This document shows positions 14,346 through 27,878 of a DNA stretch of 64,000 nucleotides, in pieces. Numbering within the stretch: position 1 is the stretch's first letter; each line of letters begins with the position of its first letter. The translations under genes were made by a program, and so were the position numbers. The DNA is taken from positions 20,748,780 through 20,812,779 of the forward strand of contig CM119266.1 in the NCBI GenBank assembly GCA_051294375.1. The letters run 5' to 3'. The notes under the pieces are model-generated. The model saw only the letters and a list, made by a program, of their open reading frames with translations. It ran no database searches and was not told the origin of the DNA. This DNA is from Paraspadella gotoi. Lineage: Eukaryota > Animalia > Chaetognatha.

Positions 14346-15745
14346 TGTATTTTTATCTATTTAAAATTTTAATATGATAAACAAGCAGTGGGCCAAGCTT
14401 TTTGTTTCTAGTTAAAGAGAAATGAAAAATGATAATTTTTTTACAGACAAAAAGATAAACATCCAAACTGTTTATATCAAACTGAAAATAACTTATTTTT
14501 TTATCATTTAGAATTTTAAAGACTTATCACTTTCAGTTGTATCCATCATTTTACTCATTTATTGCTTATGGTAGGGGTAACCTAACTCAGTAAGGTGGTT
14601 AAGAAATTTGAATTAAACATCTGCTCAAACAAAAATTTAAATATTTTTTGGAAAATTTGAATAAACAAAAATTTTTTAATATTATTCTTTATTGCATATA
14701 CTAATGTTTTAATATTTATTTATAAATTGGAAAAGCTAAAAATTGTTTTAAGATTTTTTAATTTTTTTTTTTTTTTTTCGATTTTGATCATAAGTGGGTA
14801 AAAAATATGAAAAACTATTAATAATCATCATATTTTTTTAATTTTATTATTTTTTTTAAATTTTGACCAAAAAACAAAAATTTTTGAAAGTTGTAGTTAT
14901 ATCAGAATAGTTATATCAGAATCCATCAAAAAAAGTTAAGATTGATAAAAAAAAAATTTAATAATAAATAGTAATATTGTTGTTTTGATAGCAATAATAA
15001 ATTAAACTTTTTTTAAAAATTTTTGTTTTATCTGAAAGTAGACTTCAAGTCGAAAGTTTTATATCCCCGCCCCTATTGAATTAATTTCATAGTAGATTTT
15101 TATTTATGGTTTAAGAAATTAAAGAAACGAGGTATTTAATCCAAATTTCGAATTTTATACTGTATTTTACTGTATCATTCTAGCCGAATCATATTTTGCA
15201 TGTATTTGTCCAGCATAACTGTCAGGAAGGTATGGTCAGACAAAATAAATTCAATGACCAATAATTTTTTTTCGGGCAAATGAATTTTATTTTTATTTTT
15301 CTTTTCGTTATAATAAATTTTGCTTATGATTCTTTTGGGTTTTTGCCGCCTTTAAGTTGTTATCTTATTAGTTGTCAAACACAAGAACATCTGATCTGCG
15401 GGCTGAATACAAGACTAAATAAAAACAGGAGGTTTTAAATTCAGTCTTTTTTTTTTCTCAGGTTTTAAATTCAGTCTCTTTTCTCTCAGCGTAAACCGTC
15501 AATAATTGTTAATAATTTTAATTGTAATGTGTGAGACTAATTTTTCTTTGCTACCCGCAGTATTTTTACACTCTAAACGACTTTCTCGTGAGCGATTGGA
15601 TTTCGATATTGGATATAGTAATGTTTTAGTTTCCTATTTTAGAAAACTTATAATGCAATTTTACGACCAACCAAGATAAAAAGAATCTTAGAATGGGACA
15701 TGGAATTATGCGTTCCCTTTGAAAATTGTCTTCGGCCGAAGAGAG

Positions 15746-17653
15746 ATGGATTTGAGACCCTTCGTTTTTGTTTTCACTCTGACATGTTATGGAGCTTGGG
15801 GTGATGTTTACATTCATAAAAAGTATAATAACTCTACGGACGTAATTATTAAGCGTTACAACGACATTCCCGCTCTTGGTTGGGGTGGCTCGCTTAGATA
15901 CGGGTATGTCTAATTATCGGACCCTAGCATCAGGCTTAAATTAATAATAGTTTTGAATTATAGTCTTACAGGAAAAATAGTTTACGCTGACCCCCCTGAT
16001 GGATGCGGTCGGATTTCAGGGCCACCGCCTCAACTGGAAGTCCCTGTTGTCTTAGTTCGTCGCGGAAATTGTAACTTCGACATTAAAGCCTCCAATGCTC
16101 AAAATGCAGGATACAAGGAGAGTTCATTAATTTATTTTATCAAACGTAAGCGCGCATGGCATGAAATTTTATTTTCGATACCGCTCCCAGGCTGTTATAG
16201 TGCACAACGAGGACTCGGATGATCTGATTGCTATGAGTGGCGGTTCCCACGCGTCCTCGGTCAAAATCCCCGCCGTATTTATTGGGCTGAGTGATGCAAT
16301 CGCGATAAATTCGTCGTATCTCTACAACGAAGACACTGATATCACCGTCCAACTTGATGCTAGTTATAGTCCCAACACTTTTCTCGACCGCTATGTTTGG
16401 CCTTTTTTAGGCTCAGTGGTTCTCATTTTCTTCGTTCTTTTGATATATTCATTATACAAGGTAGGTGGCTACAGTTTTACACATGCATATGTGCATTGCA
16501 CAGTCGGTCTCGATGCAGAAATTAAAAATCGTCTAATGGTGTAAAAATATACCGAACAGTGAGAGGTGGTAAAAAATAGCGGTACATGTAAAAATGATAT
16601 AACTTATGTAAAATTAAAATATGAAATTTAATTACGATAATGAAATAAAAAAATAAAGAAAACATAATTAGAAATTGAACCTTTACCTCTCATCTCTTGT
16701 TTCTCTCCAAGTGGGTCGGCGATCGCAGGCGACGTCGACGAAACCGTCTCTCCGTCAAAAAGTTACAAAAAATCCCTGTCAAGAAGTTCGTTAAGGGGGA
16801 TCCGTACGATATTTGCGCCATTTGTTTGGACGAGTACGAGGAAGACGATCAGTTGCGCCTTCTTCCATGCAACCACGCTTACCATGCAAAATGCATAGAC
16901 CCGTGGCTAACCAAGACAAAGCGACAATGCCCAGGTGCAAAATTTTTATTGTCCGATTATTCAAAGATTTTTTTCTATTTTATAATCAAACCTATGCTAT
17001 ATCTCTAGTCTGTAAGCGCAAAGTGAGTCCCGGAAGTGGAAATTCTAACCCAGCGCCACCGGCGCCTATCGTCGCACCTTCGGACGAGCTTCCCTCGCCG
17101 ACAGCTGAGGGAGAACTCCCTCGTGACCCTGACGAGGATGATGACGACGGAGAACGTGAGGAAGAGCAGAACGAGTCAACTCCGCTCGTTTCCGTTGAAG
17201 GAGCAGACGGTGAGCACTGAGCACATTTTTGCTAACGCCTATCATAAGTATTTTTGTCATAAGTTTGGTTTTCTATCTTTATTCCGGTGCATTGCTAAAG
17301 AATTATAATTTTTTGTATTCCCAATTTTAATTTCTTCACACCCCCTATCCCTTCAAAAACCCATAGAAATTGCTGTTCGTCGGCCCCCGAACCTCTACCA
17401 TCGCCTCCGTATCGCCGTGACGTCGTGGCGACGTCGACACGAAGACGACGACGACGACGACGAGGACCGAAATGATAATCACCACAATCGCTTCGATCGA
17501 ACGCGATCTTTCGGCTACGGCAGTCTCGGAGAAGGTGAGGCGAAGGAGGGAACGGGGGCCCCGAGCGTTTCAAACTTTAGCCTTGGCGATTTCGTCGAAG
17601 GCTTTGTTTATGTCGAAATAGTCCGCTCCCATCGCAACGTCTGCCAACGTTAG
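15746..17653 (+). CDS. RNF13: PA-TM-RING E3 ligase RNF13/RNF167 (godzilla-like), about 6 exons
   Basis: Signal peptide; PA domain ([51 protein letters not shown]); TM; RING-H2 [46 protein letters not shown]. Last exon 17367-17653 is in frame. Confidence 0.9.
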
Positions 17654-17666
17654 CGTATGGAGTTAG

Positions 17667-20600
17667 TTAAGTAATAACTTTTCTTGCTGCTTCTGGCCCA
17701 CCTTCGTTTGGGTTGTAGCGGCCATCGACTGCGCTTATCGTGTTTTGTTGCATTTGTGCGCCTCGCATTCTTGCCATCTTTCGCGCGGTCATCCGTGAAT
17801 TTGTCGAAGCTTTCGATTGAGAAGATTCCCCACTACCCCTCGGTCCCGAAGGGGAAAGCATTGCCGTGTTCGGAGCGGAGTGTTTGACGCCGCGGTCTTT
17901 TTCGTATCTGAGATTAAAAGTACTTACCACTTTCTACGAAAGCAGAAAATTCTGAAAATTATTGTTATCTCCATTCGCAGCTTACCCTGTGATAACGACT
18001 AAGCTTGGGCTCCCAGCGCTTTCTTCTGGCTTAGGATTTTCCACTGGCAGCATTCCCCAAGAGACTGCAATCTCTGCTGGGCTAGTAAACTTTGCGTTGC
18101 TCGAAACCGGTATCGTAATTTGCTTGGATGCATCTGCGGTCATACGTGTTCATTAATATTTTTTTTCTCTTTAATCGGAGTATTTTTTCTTCATACCTTT
18201 GGTTTTAAGACGAGTCCAGCCTTGATTAGGAAGATCGGTATTTACATATTGAGGAACTGATGAAATGGTTTCCGATGGTATTATAAGTGAGGAATAATTG
18301 AAGGCCCGTTTTGACAAATTTCTGTCCTGATTGTCAAGCGACCCAGTCAGGGGCAAAGTGCTGGCCTAGTCGTGAGAATGAAAAAACTATGACTTTCCTC
18401 TTCTACCGTAATTTTGATTTATCGGATTAAAATTCAACTTCTTAAATAATAAAGAGTAAGCAATTACGTCTTCTTGAAGATCCTTAGGAGGGTTTTTTAA
18501 CTCCTCGCATCTATATTGAGCTTCAGTCCAATGGATTTCTGATTCGGCCTATCGCGAAAAAAAAAAAATTGTATAGTCATTAGTCGCTGGCGTGGTTAGT
18601 CGTCGATTGTACTAGGTATGTATAGCCGATTTTTCTCTTAGCGAAATACATTAATTAAAATTCACCTCGTTAAGCATCGCCATAATAGACTCTGTATTCC
18701 ACCACGTCTCTTGATCTTCCGCCAGTGAATCTCTGTCTCCTTCATCGTCAGAAACATCCGGTGAGAAACGTGCAGTTGTATCGTCATCATCATTGGTGTG
18801 GTATTTTTCCAAGGCTCTTTTTAAAAAAGTTCATATTTTCTTAAAAAAGCTTGCCAAAATATAAAGACGCTTTTATTAATTTTATAAGATAATATGATCT
18901 TACTAGAAACCCTAAAGAGCGAACAAAGCCGCTAAGTACCTGAAACTTTGAATCCGGTCACAAAAAACTGTCTTACAACCACTGAACATTGGCCTATTCA
19001 AACTTTTCCTCTATAGTAGTAGCCGGGTTGCTTTTGACGACCATATGGGTGAGGCCTATTGGCGTTTGGACCCTCATGGTCGCCTACTATAGTTTTACTA
19101 ATGCCGTCTAGCTTTGCCAGTGCAGCGGGAAATCTATGGAGTGTGGATAGAACCTAGACTAACCTAACGCCTAGAGACTAGTGAGTAGTGATAGTTGTGA
19201 TAATTAGAAAACAAAAATTTAGTAAACTCAATAATTAACGCACTTTATTCAGGGATAATTACTATCATATTTGCCTTACTTGGGAAGTCGTTTGAAAAAC
19301 TCTAGCCATTGTTCCTCCTTTGACGCGAAGTTAATTCTAATCCATCCCGGCTCGACGCAGTCTAAGAGTCTTCCTGGAACTACCCAAAGACCCACAAGCA
19401 ACATTTTTTCGCATAAATCCAATTCTTCCGAGTGGCTACATTCCTTTAGATGTTTGCCTACATAACACCATAGAAACAAACCCGCATCACAAGGATGAAC
19501 CTGTACAGCAATTTCGGGAGGAAAAACCTTTTAAGTACTATCGTTACAATTTTATCTATACTATAGTTCATTCAAAAAAAAATTAATATTTCTGTTATTA
19601 ATTTCTTTAAACATAACCTCAATATCCATCAACTCCAGTCTCTCGATAACATTATCTTTTGCTCTCTGCAATCTTATTTGATTGTATGGAATAAAAATTT
19701 CATCCAAAAATTTTGCTTGGGTTGTCAAATAAGTTTGTAGCTTGTCTTGAATTGGTATTGGTAAAGCAGTGAATTGACTCAAAAGTCCCAGTGCCTTGTT
19801 CACGTACGGATTCCATGAATACAAAACACCACAGCGAAATCCTGTTTTAACCATAAAAATTACTTTTTTATACAAGTTCTAGTGTGATTTAGTGCAGTTT
19901 TATTCAAGATCATACATTATTCCTTTATGCAGGATCACTTTTCAGTGCCACATCTTAGGAAAATGGCAAAAACTGAAAGAAGTAAGTTATTGTGGAGGTA
20001 GAGAGAGACCATGTCTTGAAACAAAAAGGAATCATTTCCTGATTTCCTCCCTTTCCCTTCCGATTTTCTCCCTTTTGTTTCATACTCACTATCTCTATCT
20101 TTTCATTTACTCTGAAACTGAAAATTATATTCTGAAAAAGAATTTGTTTAAATTGATTTCTATTGAATGTCTTAAATTTGTAAAGAAGAGTTTGACCAAT
20201 CATTTTGAATGAAAAGATTGTTTTTTGAAAACTTATAAATTGGATGAAAGGTACAATAGCAAGTACAGTTCTATTGCTATTTTAGTAGTAAAAAGATAGG
20301 TGCAATGAGGCTTACCCGATAGCGCCAAATCTTTCGAGCAACTCCAGACAAAATGGGTTGTCATTGGATTTGGCAAATCTTTCAATGAGGCAACACTATA
20401 AAATGGCACATCTTCGTGCATGCTGAGCGCATAAACTTCGTCAAAGATAACATGAAGCCCAATTTCATTCGCAAATGCAAGAATTTCTTTAATAAGTTCT
20501 TTCGAATATATCGTGCCCAGTGGATTATGAGGGTTGCAAAGAACGATTCCTGCTACTTTTTTCCCCCGCTGCATAGCTAATTTGTAAGCGACTTTAACTT

Positions 20601-23537
20601 TTCTCATTGTCAGCTCAAAGGGATAATTCGCCCCGCCGTCAATCCTCGGAACAAAAGAAATTATTGTTCTTATTTTTATTTTTTAATTTATTTAGAATAT
20701 TAAGTTATTATTTTTCTAATTCAAAACGAAATTGTATGTATAATTATATTTTTGCTGAATATTATTCTGTATGATCACCTTGATGTCAAAGGGATAGGAA
20801 TGGTAGCCGGTTGATCTCCTCTAATTGTCAGATTGTATTCCAGCTGTTTACAATGTGGGGTCGGTGACATCCAAGCATAACCTGGCTCAGTAAGAATTTG
20901 AACCAGCATTTCTAATCCGGGACCAGCACCGTTCGTTATTGTCATCAAATCAGGATTCAAAGGTTCATCCGGTTCAACTATTAATGTGCACAATAGTTTA
21001 TCATTTTTAAAAAAATATTTCTATGCCTTTTTAATTTTTAATGCTTTTAAGGCAAAAATATCCATGTAAATACGTATTTTTTTATTTGGTTCTAATTAAT
21101 TACAAAATTAAAGCAATATTTTTTGTACGTGTAATCGTATAGTTATTATTCCTTTTAATTCTCATTAACATATAATTAACATAATATGATAATAATATTA
21201 TGAAATTGGTTCAAAAATATTATAATATAACATTATGGTGGACTAAAATCCACCAACCGTTCATCAGCGGCCATTGGTGCCGGAGGCAAGTCATTCGCCT
21301 CCCAACCCAAAAGTCCGGGGTTCTAGCCCGTTGGCCGCCTAGCAGTTAAGAGGGACGGGGCGCTTAACCCGCCTGTAACACGGTGTTACAGCCTGATCCG
21401 AAGCTCAGGGACTGCTTATATTGAACGGTTCTGTCACTAACATATAACAATAATTACTGTCTCTTCAACATTTACAATTTAAGGAATGTTAGAAAAATTT
21501 GTTTTATTAGTTATTTAATGATTCAGTGCTAAAGAAAGAACTAATACAATATTTGTTATTATAATATAATTATGCTGCACAATATCCGTGACACGATAGC
21601 TGCGATGTCGGGGATTGAGGGGATTTAGCCAACTAGATCATGATTGATTAATGCTTATCAGGTTTTAAGTGGGAACCGAACTCTAGAGGCCCTCGACCCA
21701 CCATTGGGAATCACCAATGTTACCACGTTGCCCTTATGGTGGAGCTGACAAGATGTGCCAAGCACGTGAGATGGTTTTTGTATACCACCTCAATGTTAAT
21801 TAGGTGTGACTTAAGTATTATTATTGAATAATTTAAATATTTTTCAGATTAACTTTGATGCCGAGGCACATGGTAGTTGGCATGTGGTGGTTGTGTCACA
21901 GGATTCAGACCCTCCATGGTCTCTTACTTACCGCGGACGCATTTAAGCCAACTGTGTTATCCTTGCTGCCTTAGTAATTTTCAATAATGAAACAAAAACA
22001 AAAAACAAATAAAATAGATTCGCGGTCTATACCCATTAACTGTTGACTGAGAAACTTTGCAAGAGATTTTCTTAATCCCGATGTTCCTCTTAAGTCGAAA
22101 TAATGTGTGATTTCAGGTTTGTATTTGTTCATTGTTGGAATTTGCATTACAGTGGAAGTTAGGTCGTCCATTAATCTGTTTTCTGCAATTGCCGCGTTAA
22201 TTACTCCCATATGCATGTGGCCATTCAATCCGGTGCGAATGTCGCATACTCTGTAAAATAATGAATTGTAAAAAGGTTTTAAGAAATGAAATTAGTAATA
22301 CACTCTTAAAACTGATATTAATATTTATTATTACACAGTACAAAGCAAAGTACTTAAGAAGACGAAAACAACTGCGCAAAAAGCTTTCGATTTTGTTGTG
22401 AGGTCTTTCTAAATAACAAAAAAGGAAAGTTATTTTCTCGTCTAAAGACATTAATTTTTAAATTTATTTGTTCAATAAATAAAGAGGCAAAGGCTAACTT
22501 TTACATTCACCGACCGGGATTTTGCGGTCGGTAATTTGTTTTTCACTTCTTATAAGCGACGTATAAAAATCTTGCTACGTAAAAATAAAAAAAAAGATAT
22601 TGGTAAAGGTCGAAAAACTTTTTATTACAAATTCCATTTCAAAACTTCCCTAACCCTAACTATTCCTAACCACACCTAATCCTTAACCATTTTTAACCTA
22701 ATTGTTAACCATTTAAAAAATATAACATAAAAATTTATTTTCTTTTTATTTCGTTGCGTTATTTGTTTGTGGTGGAAAATGAATTGTTTATTTACGTATA
22801 AAGAGTTTTATTAAGAAACAAATTCTGAACGTGTTTAGGCTTCAATGTAAGCTTGCATCAGCGCAAAAACTTTTTGATTTGTGAATCAAATATTTTTTGA
22901 TAAAATTTGAAGAGAGAGTCTGTGAAAATATTTTTATCACAAGTCAATTCGTTTTTGCGCTGATGAAGGCTTAAATTGAAGCCGAAATATCCGAAATTTG
23001 TTTTCTTTATAAAACTTAATAAACATTTATATTACTGCTTAAAAAAAGTATATTATAATTTATTATTCTTATCTTTTATTATTATATATTCATATATATT
23101 TGAAAATAGTTTTGTTTTCTTTATATAACTTAACAAAAATTTATATTATTGCGCAAACTGAGACTCGACGTTAAAGGGAAAACAAAATATAATGGATTAA
23201 CAAACCACCGACCGTTGGTAGCTAAGGTTGGTTGCAGACGTCAAATAGTAAAGTTACCCGAGGCAAAAGTCCTATAAACTTGTACGAAATTAATAACAAA
23301 CTTGTAGGGTGTTGCCAACCATTTCTTTAGCGCTTTGTGCATAAACAGATGACGTCCTTCTTTCTCCCTTCCTGCAAGAACGTCGCGCATGCGCTGATTA
23401 AGTCCTTCCCCTTCTTCCTCACCCGTAGCCTCTCCCAAAGGTTTTTCATCATGGTCAGTTTTAACATTGACAAAATCTGTCGAAATTACTGGCGTATCCT
23501 TCACCAAGTGTTTGATTGCTGTTAAAGTGTAACTCAT
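17667..23537 (-). CDS. ACC synthase-like (ACCS-like) class I/II PLP-dependent enzyme with a long C-terminal extension
   Basis: GVINAAIAENRL, HYFDLRGTSGLRKSLAKFL, ITNGAG, LCNPHNPLG, VIFDEVYALS, PLP-lysine WSCSKDLALSG-FRCG, EPGWIRINF. Splices FKRLPK|ALEKY into five further phase-consistent exons (about 18667-18817, 18468-18548, 18198-18366, 17986-18133, 17667-17907). Confidence 0.8.
21267..21412 (+). mobile_element. tRNA-derived SINE (tRNA-Gly(CCC)-like head 21267-21338)
   Basis: GCGGCCA...TGGCCGC acceptor stem, A-box-like TGGTGCCGGAGG, CT-CCC-AA loop, B-box-like GGTTCTAGCCC, plus a non-tRNA body shared with the copy at 27424-27547. Confidence 0.7.
22806..23015. mobile_element. Fold-back Penelope pLTR-like remnant with degenerate hammerhead motifs, in intron 1 of the ACCS-like gene
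   Basis: Arms 22806-22869 and 22951-23015 are reverse complements; the right arm has CTGATGAaGGCTTaaattgAAGCCGAAAtatcc. Confidence 0.6.
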
Positions 23538-24024
23538 ATTGATACGATAGTGAAAAAAAAAAAAGAAATAGTTTGAAGCCGAATTCTTAAGTATTGATCT
23601 TTTTTATCGGTGATTCATTTATGTCGTTTTTTCTAAGAAATATTATGAATTCATTAGTCAAAAAAATGCTTTCAAACTCCAACGAGCAGTAATTAGGGGC
23701 TGTTGAAAAAATAATCGGATATCTAACTGGGCGGCCAACCACCTTGCGCGAGATATTCTTTGTTCTGCCTCTTTGTGACGTTGTTTTCGTCACGTGTGCT
23801 TTTGTATGAAGCTGAAAACAGAGCTTTGACTTCTTACTATCAATGTCTTTCATAATTGGAGGTTTTTATATCGTTTTTTTTTTCATATTCCTTAACTCAT
23901 TTGTTTGTATTATTTACTAAACGATTTTTATATATATAGACGAGTTCAGCTCTGCAGCGGCTGTCCAGCTTCTATCTTTTTTTTTCTCTCACTCTCACTC
24001 ATACACGCATTTGTTTGTTTTATT

Positions 24025-24320
24025 TACGATGAATGATTCATCGCATCAATGAATGACTCATCGTATCAATGAATGATTATCATCGGATCAATGAATGACT
24101 ATCATCGTATCAATGAATGATTATAATCGCATCCATCATTTTGTTATCATCGCATCAATCCTTTGGTTATGATCGCATCAATATTTGGTTATCATCGCAT
24201 CAATAATCAATTACTATTACATCAATAAATTACTATTACATCAATCAATCACTTACTATTACATCAATCAATAAATTACTATTACGTCAATAATTCGTTA
24301 TTGCATCCATCATTCGTTTG
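24025..24320. repeat. Minisatellite of about 20-23 bp units (atgaatgattatcatcg(c/t)atca, drifting to attactattacatca)
   Basis: More than ten tandem units visible by eye. Confidence 0.8.
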
Positions 24321-24728
24321 GCGAGATCATAAATTATAAATTAATGCAAAAGGCTTTATATTATAAAATGAGGTACCCCTTTTTTGTGACCAGAATCTGT
24401 TCCCACCAAACTACCCAATCGAATTTCATGAAATTTTACATGCTAACTATCGAGGCCTGGGGGTCCAAAAAAGCTAAAAATTATTTTTTCATTTTTTAAA
24501 TTTTTTTAGTAGCTTTGATGTCTTCAACAAATAAAGAAAAACATTTTAGAACTAAAATTGATTAATTTTTAATAATTAAGCATGGTTTGAAGATACATGG
24601 TTCATTGTTTTATTTCCGATTTTCCCAAATTATTCCAAATCTGACTTGAAGCACTGATGTTCATGATGCTGAAAATTAAGGTAAGCTAATAGTTTTGTAG
24701 TAATAATATAATATAATATAAATATATT

Positions 24729-26202
24729 AGAAAAGTTTGAAATGAATTTTCAACGATTTTATTTTAATAAAAAACGGACATGTTTCGGCTTAACTACAAG
24801 CCTTCATCAGCATTAAAAAAGTTAGTGAATTTGAAACAAATTATGTGCATAAAGAAAGAGTGAGAGAGAGAGAGAGAGGGCAAAGTTTCTCTGTGTGAGC
24901 TATTGGTAAAACCGAAAGATAAAATCCCCAGACCGAAAACACGATCAGGAGCCGTCTATTGGGCGCCCTGTGCAGGGGCGGGCAACCAAGCCTGTACAGC
25001 AGCATACGTGGGCGAGACAGGCAAATCTCTGACGGATCGATTTCAGCAGCACACGAAACCATATCGTGATGCCCGCGGTCATTACTTGTCCGCTGTAGCC
25101 GAGCATACGGTAAATACTGGCCATGTATTTAGAGAAACAGACTGTCTCGTGCTGTCCCATGACCGAATTGGTTCTCAAAAGGTATTAGAGAGGCAATATA
25201 CATCAAAGCCCTCGAGCCCTCTTTGAATCGTGATGGAGGACGATTCGACCTCCCTCCAAGCTATGATTCGCTTATCAAAAGCGTGGTGGAGGCCCCGTCT
25301 CCACCACGTCCGCACAATGACTCCCCGTCTCCACTCAACGAGACAGGCGGAGACACTTGGCAGACGATGCCTCTCCTTCACCTGTAGCAACTCATTCCCT
25401 TTCTCTGTGGAGTGAGCGCCGCCCAAAGCGACGGCTGCAGGAGAAAGGAGAGTCCACCACTCCTGTCGCAAAAGCGGCAAGAACGGTCAGCCGCCCACCT
25501 CGTCAGCAGGCGAGAAGAGGGCAGTCGGCAGGCGTACCAGGCCAGAGAGACATCAGAGTAGCCTTGGGTATCTTCCCGCAAGGAAGCCTCCCTAACGCCG
25601 CACACATAGGCTCAACGATTTTGTCTCACAGCCACTGACACGTCAATGACCCGACCACATCGATCAGGCCTTTCATTTGCACAAGCCAAGGGGGCCCAGC
25701 TCACTTTGAGCTCTATCTTAACTTTATACTTCACTATAATAATAATTGCTTAACTATCCCTCACCTCTATTTCCTTCACATTTCAAATTTCACAATTTCA
25801 TCTTCACTAACTATTTTATTCACAGTAGTTAATTGTTAACACTAATCATTAGTTTTAAACAATATTTATCTTTGTTGTACATTGCACAATATATTATTTT
25901 TCAAGTTCTCTCACTCTCTCTCTCCTTCTCTCTCTCTCTCTCTCACCATTTCAATTTATTTTCACAAACTGGCTCTATTTGTTTCACCTTAATCTGTCCT
26001 CACAATTGACCACTATCCTTTCTCAACTCTGTGTTGGAAACTTTGCCCTCTCTCTCTCTCTCTCTCACTCTTTCTTTATGCACATAATTTGTTTCAAATT
26101 CACTAACTTTTTTTAATGCTGATGAAGGCTTGTAGTTAAGCCGAAACATGTCCGTTTTTATTAAAATAAAATCGTTGTTGAAAATTCATTTCAAACTTTT
26201 CT
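24729..26202 (+). mobile_element. 5'-truncated Penelope-like retroelement with inverted pLTRs and a GIY-YIG endonuclease remnant
   Basis: ORF 24903-25226 VKPKDK...GAVYWAPC...CTAAYVGETGKSLTDRFQQH...SAVAEH...GH (Penelope GIY-YIG). About 160-bp inverted repeats at 24729-24889 and 26037-26202. No RT present. Confidence 0.85.
26115..26156 (+). ncRNA. Minimal type I hammerhead ribozyme in the Penelope pLTR (mirror copy on - strand about 24774-24815)
   Basis: AATG CTGATGA a GGCTT gtagtt AAGCC GAAAC ATG TC CGTT: stem I, intact core, stem II and palindromic stem III. Confidence 0.75.
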
Positions 26203-26993
26203 TATAATTTTACACAACGAAAAGAAAGGATTATACCACAATATAAATATAATAATATAATATTGTGAAAGAATAAACGTCTATTCAACTGTTCAAAACA
26301 AAAATAATGAAAACATTTTTATAAAATTTTTGACCATTTTTTGCCCCCGTGGGTGACTCCTCCGGGGCCCCATATCTCGGCTCAGGGGTAAAATATTGAA
26401 ATTCGCCTCGATAGTTCTATTTGTATTCACATAGGGATCGTTAATTCCAAATTTCAATAAATTTGGTCCAGTAGTTTTTTCGGAACGTGTTCCGGTCACA
26501 AAAAAGGGGTACCTGCCACAGTACATCAGTTTATAATATGAAGCATTCTGAATCTGATTAATTTTTTACGGCGAGGTAACCATATTTTTTTTTACCACTA
26601 CGTGTCATTTTCAGTTCCGACGGAATTTAACCCGACACTTCCTCCTCCACCTGCTCGATCATTGCAGTCGCATTCTCTCAACGAATCGCCCACTTCATCA
26701 ACGGAAAGTTCCGTTACCCAAAACAAAAGGTTGGCTGGTATTTATTTTTAAAAAAAAGGGGAAAAAAAGAATTTACCCAGAATTTGTCCGATTTTCCTTC
26801 CTAGCTTAGTCCAATAATTGTCATGTTTAATATTTGAATTGGGCTTGAAACGGGATGCTAATTAAATTTTTTACATGGACATAAATTATTAAATATCTTT
26901 ATCCTAAGAATAGCCATAGCCGAGGAAATTTAAATGCAAATGTATACAGCATTAAAATAATCTATCATGAGCATTAGGGCGGGCCAGAATTTA

Positions 26994-27003
26994 NNNNNNN
27001 NNN
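26994..27003. other. Assembly gap (10 N)
   Basis: Run of n characters. Confidence 1.
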
Positions 27004-27423
27004 ACATCGCGTCATATTTCTTACGCATAGAAGCATTTTAATATTTAACAATATATAAAAAAAAATATATTACATTTTTAATAGAGGATATCTATTCAGA
27101 AATTTGTTCAATTTTTAAAAAATCAAAATGTTTTAGAATCTACACGAAATTTTCTTTCAGTAGCTTCCTTTTTTTTTCGTAGGTCAAATCATTTAGATGT
27201 TAAAGGCAATTTTAATAAATTTGGTCCAGTAGTTTTCTCGGAACGTGTTCTGGTCATAAAAAAGGGGTACTTCATTTTATAATATGAAGCCTTCTGTATG
27301 TGATATACTTTTTCCCTACGTTTAACTATAAGATAAATTTAATTTTTTTTTCATGATCTTTAATAAACACATTAACAATATTTATACCGGACTTCTGTTA
27401 TTTTGTAATCTGTTCTGTTTTTT

Positions 27424-27547
27424 CCCTGAGCTTCGGATCAGGCTGTAACACCGTGTGACAGGCGGGTTAAGCGCCCCGTCCCTCTTAACTGCTAGGCGAC
27501 CACCGGGCTAGAACCCCGGACCTTTGGATTGGGAGGCGAATGACTTG
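27424..27547 (-). mobile_element. Second, 5'-truncated copy of the tRNA-derived SINE
   Basis: Near-identical reverse complement of about 21286-21410. Confidence 0.75.
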
Positions 27548-27560
27548 ACTTGCTTTCTCT

Positions 27561-27878
27561 AATTACAGCTTTTAAAAATTCTTTCGTTTTCTCAGTAAAA
27601 AACTAAGAAACTGATAAAATCATTGAAAGATGATGATTTTTTGGGGTTTTTCTTATTTTTGATCTACTTATCATAAAAATATTTAAAAAAGAATTATACT
27701 CTGTGTAGACAACTTTTTATGAGCTCTGAATCAGATCTTTCCTATCTATAAATAAATATTAAAAAATTAATTACTAGGGTATAGTCTATAGAGCCATATA
27801 ATAAATTTTTTATCCTTTGAAAGTATACTTAAAAATGTATAAATTTTTGTATGAGTCACCCCATTGACTCACCCCTAC
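27561..27878. repeat. Dispersed AT-rich repeat family; other copies about 49672-50265 (+), 46170-46390 (-), 26909-26985
   Basis: Shared blocks aattacagcttttaaaaat, tcataaaaatatt, gaattatact.tgtg.agacaactttttatgagct, aaagtat.cttaaaaatgtataaatttt and tcaccccattga. Confidence 0.75.

Larger units (their letters stand above)
24371..26514. mobile_element. TIR-bounded MITE-like element hosting the Penelope insertion; another end copy at about 27210-27295
   Basis: Left AGGTACCCCTTTTTTGTGACC and right GGTCACAAAAAAGGGGTACCT are perfect inverted ends. Confidence 0.65.

Noticed and set aside
21267-21338. Functional tRNA-Gly gene
   Set aside because: Imperfect D and T arms, continuation into a non-tRNA body, and a second dispersed copy indicate a SINE.
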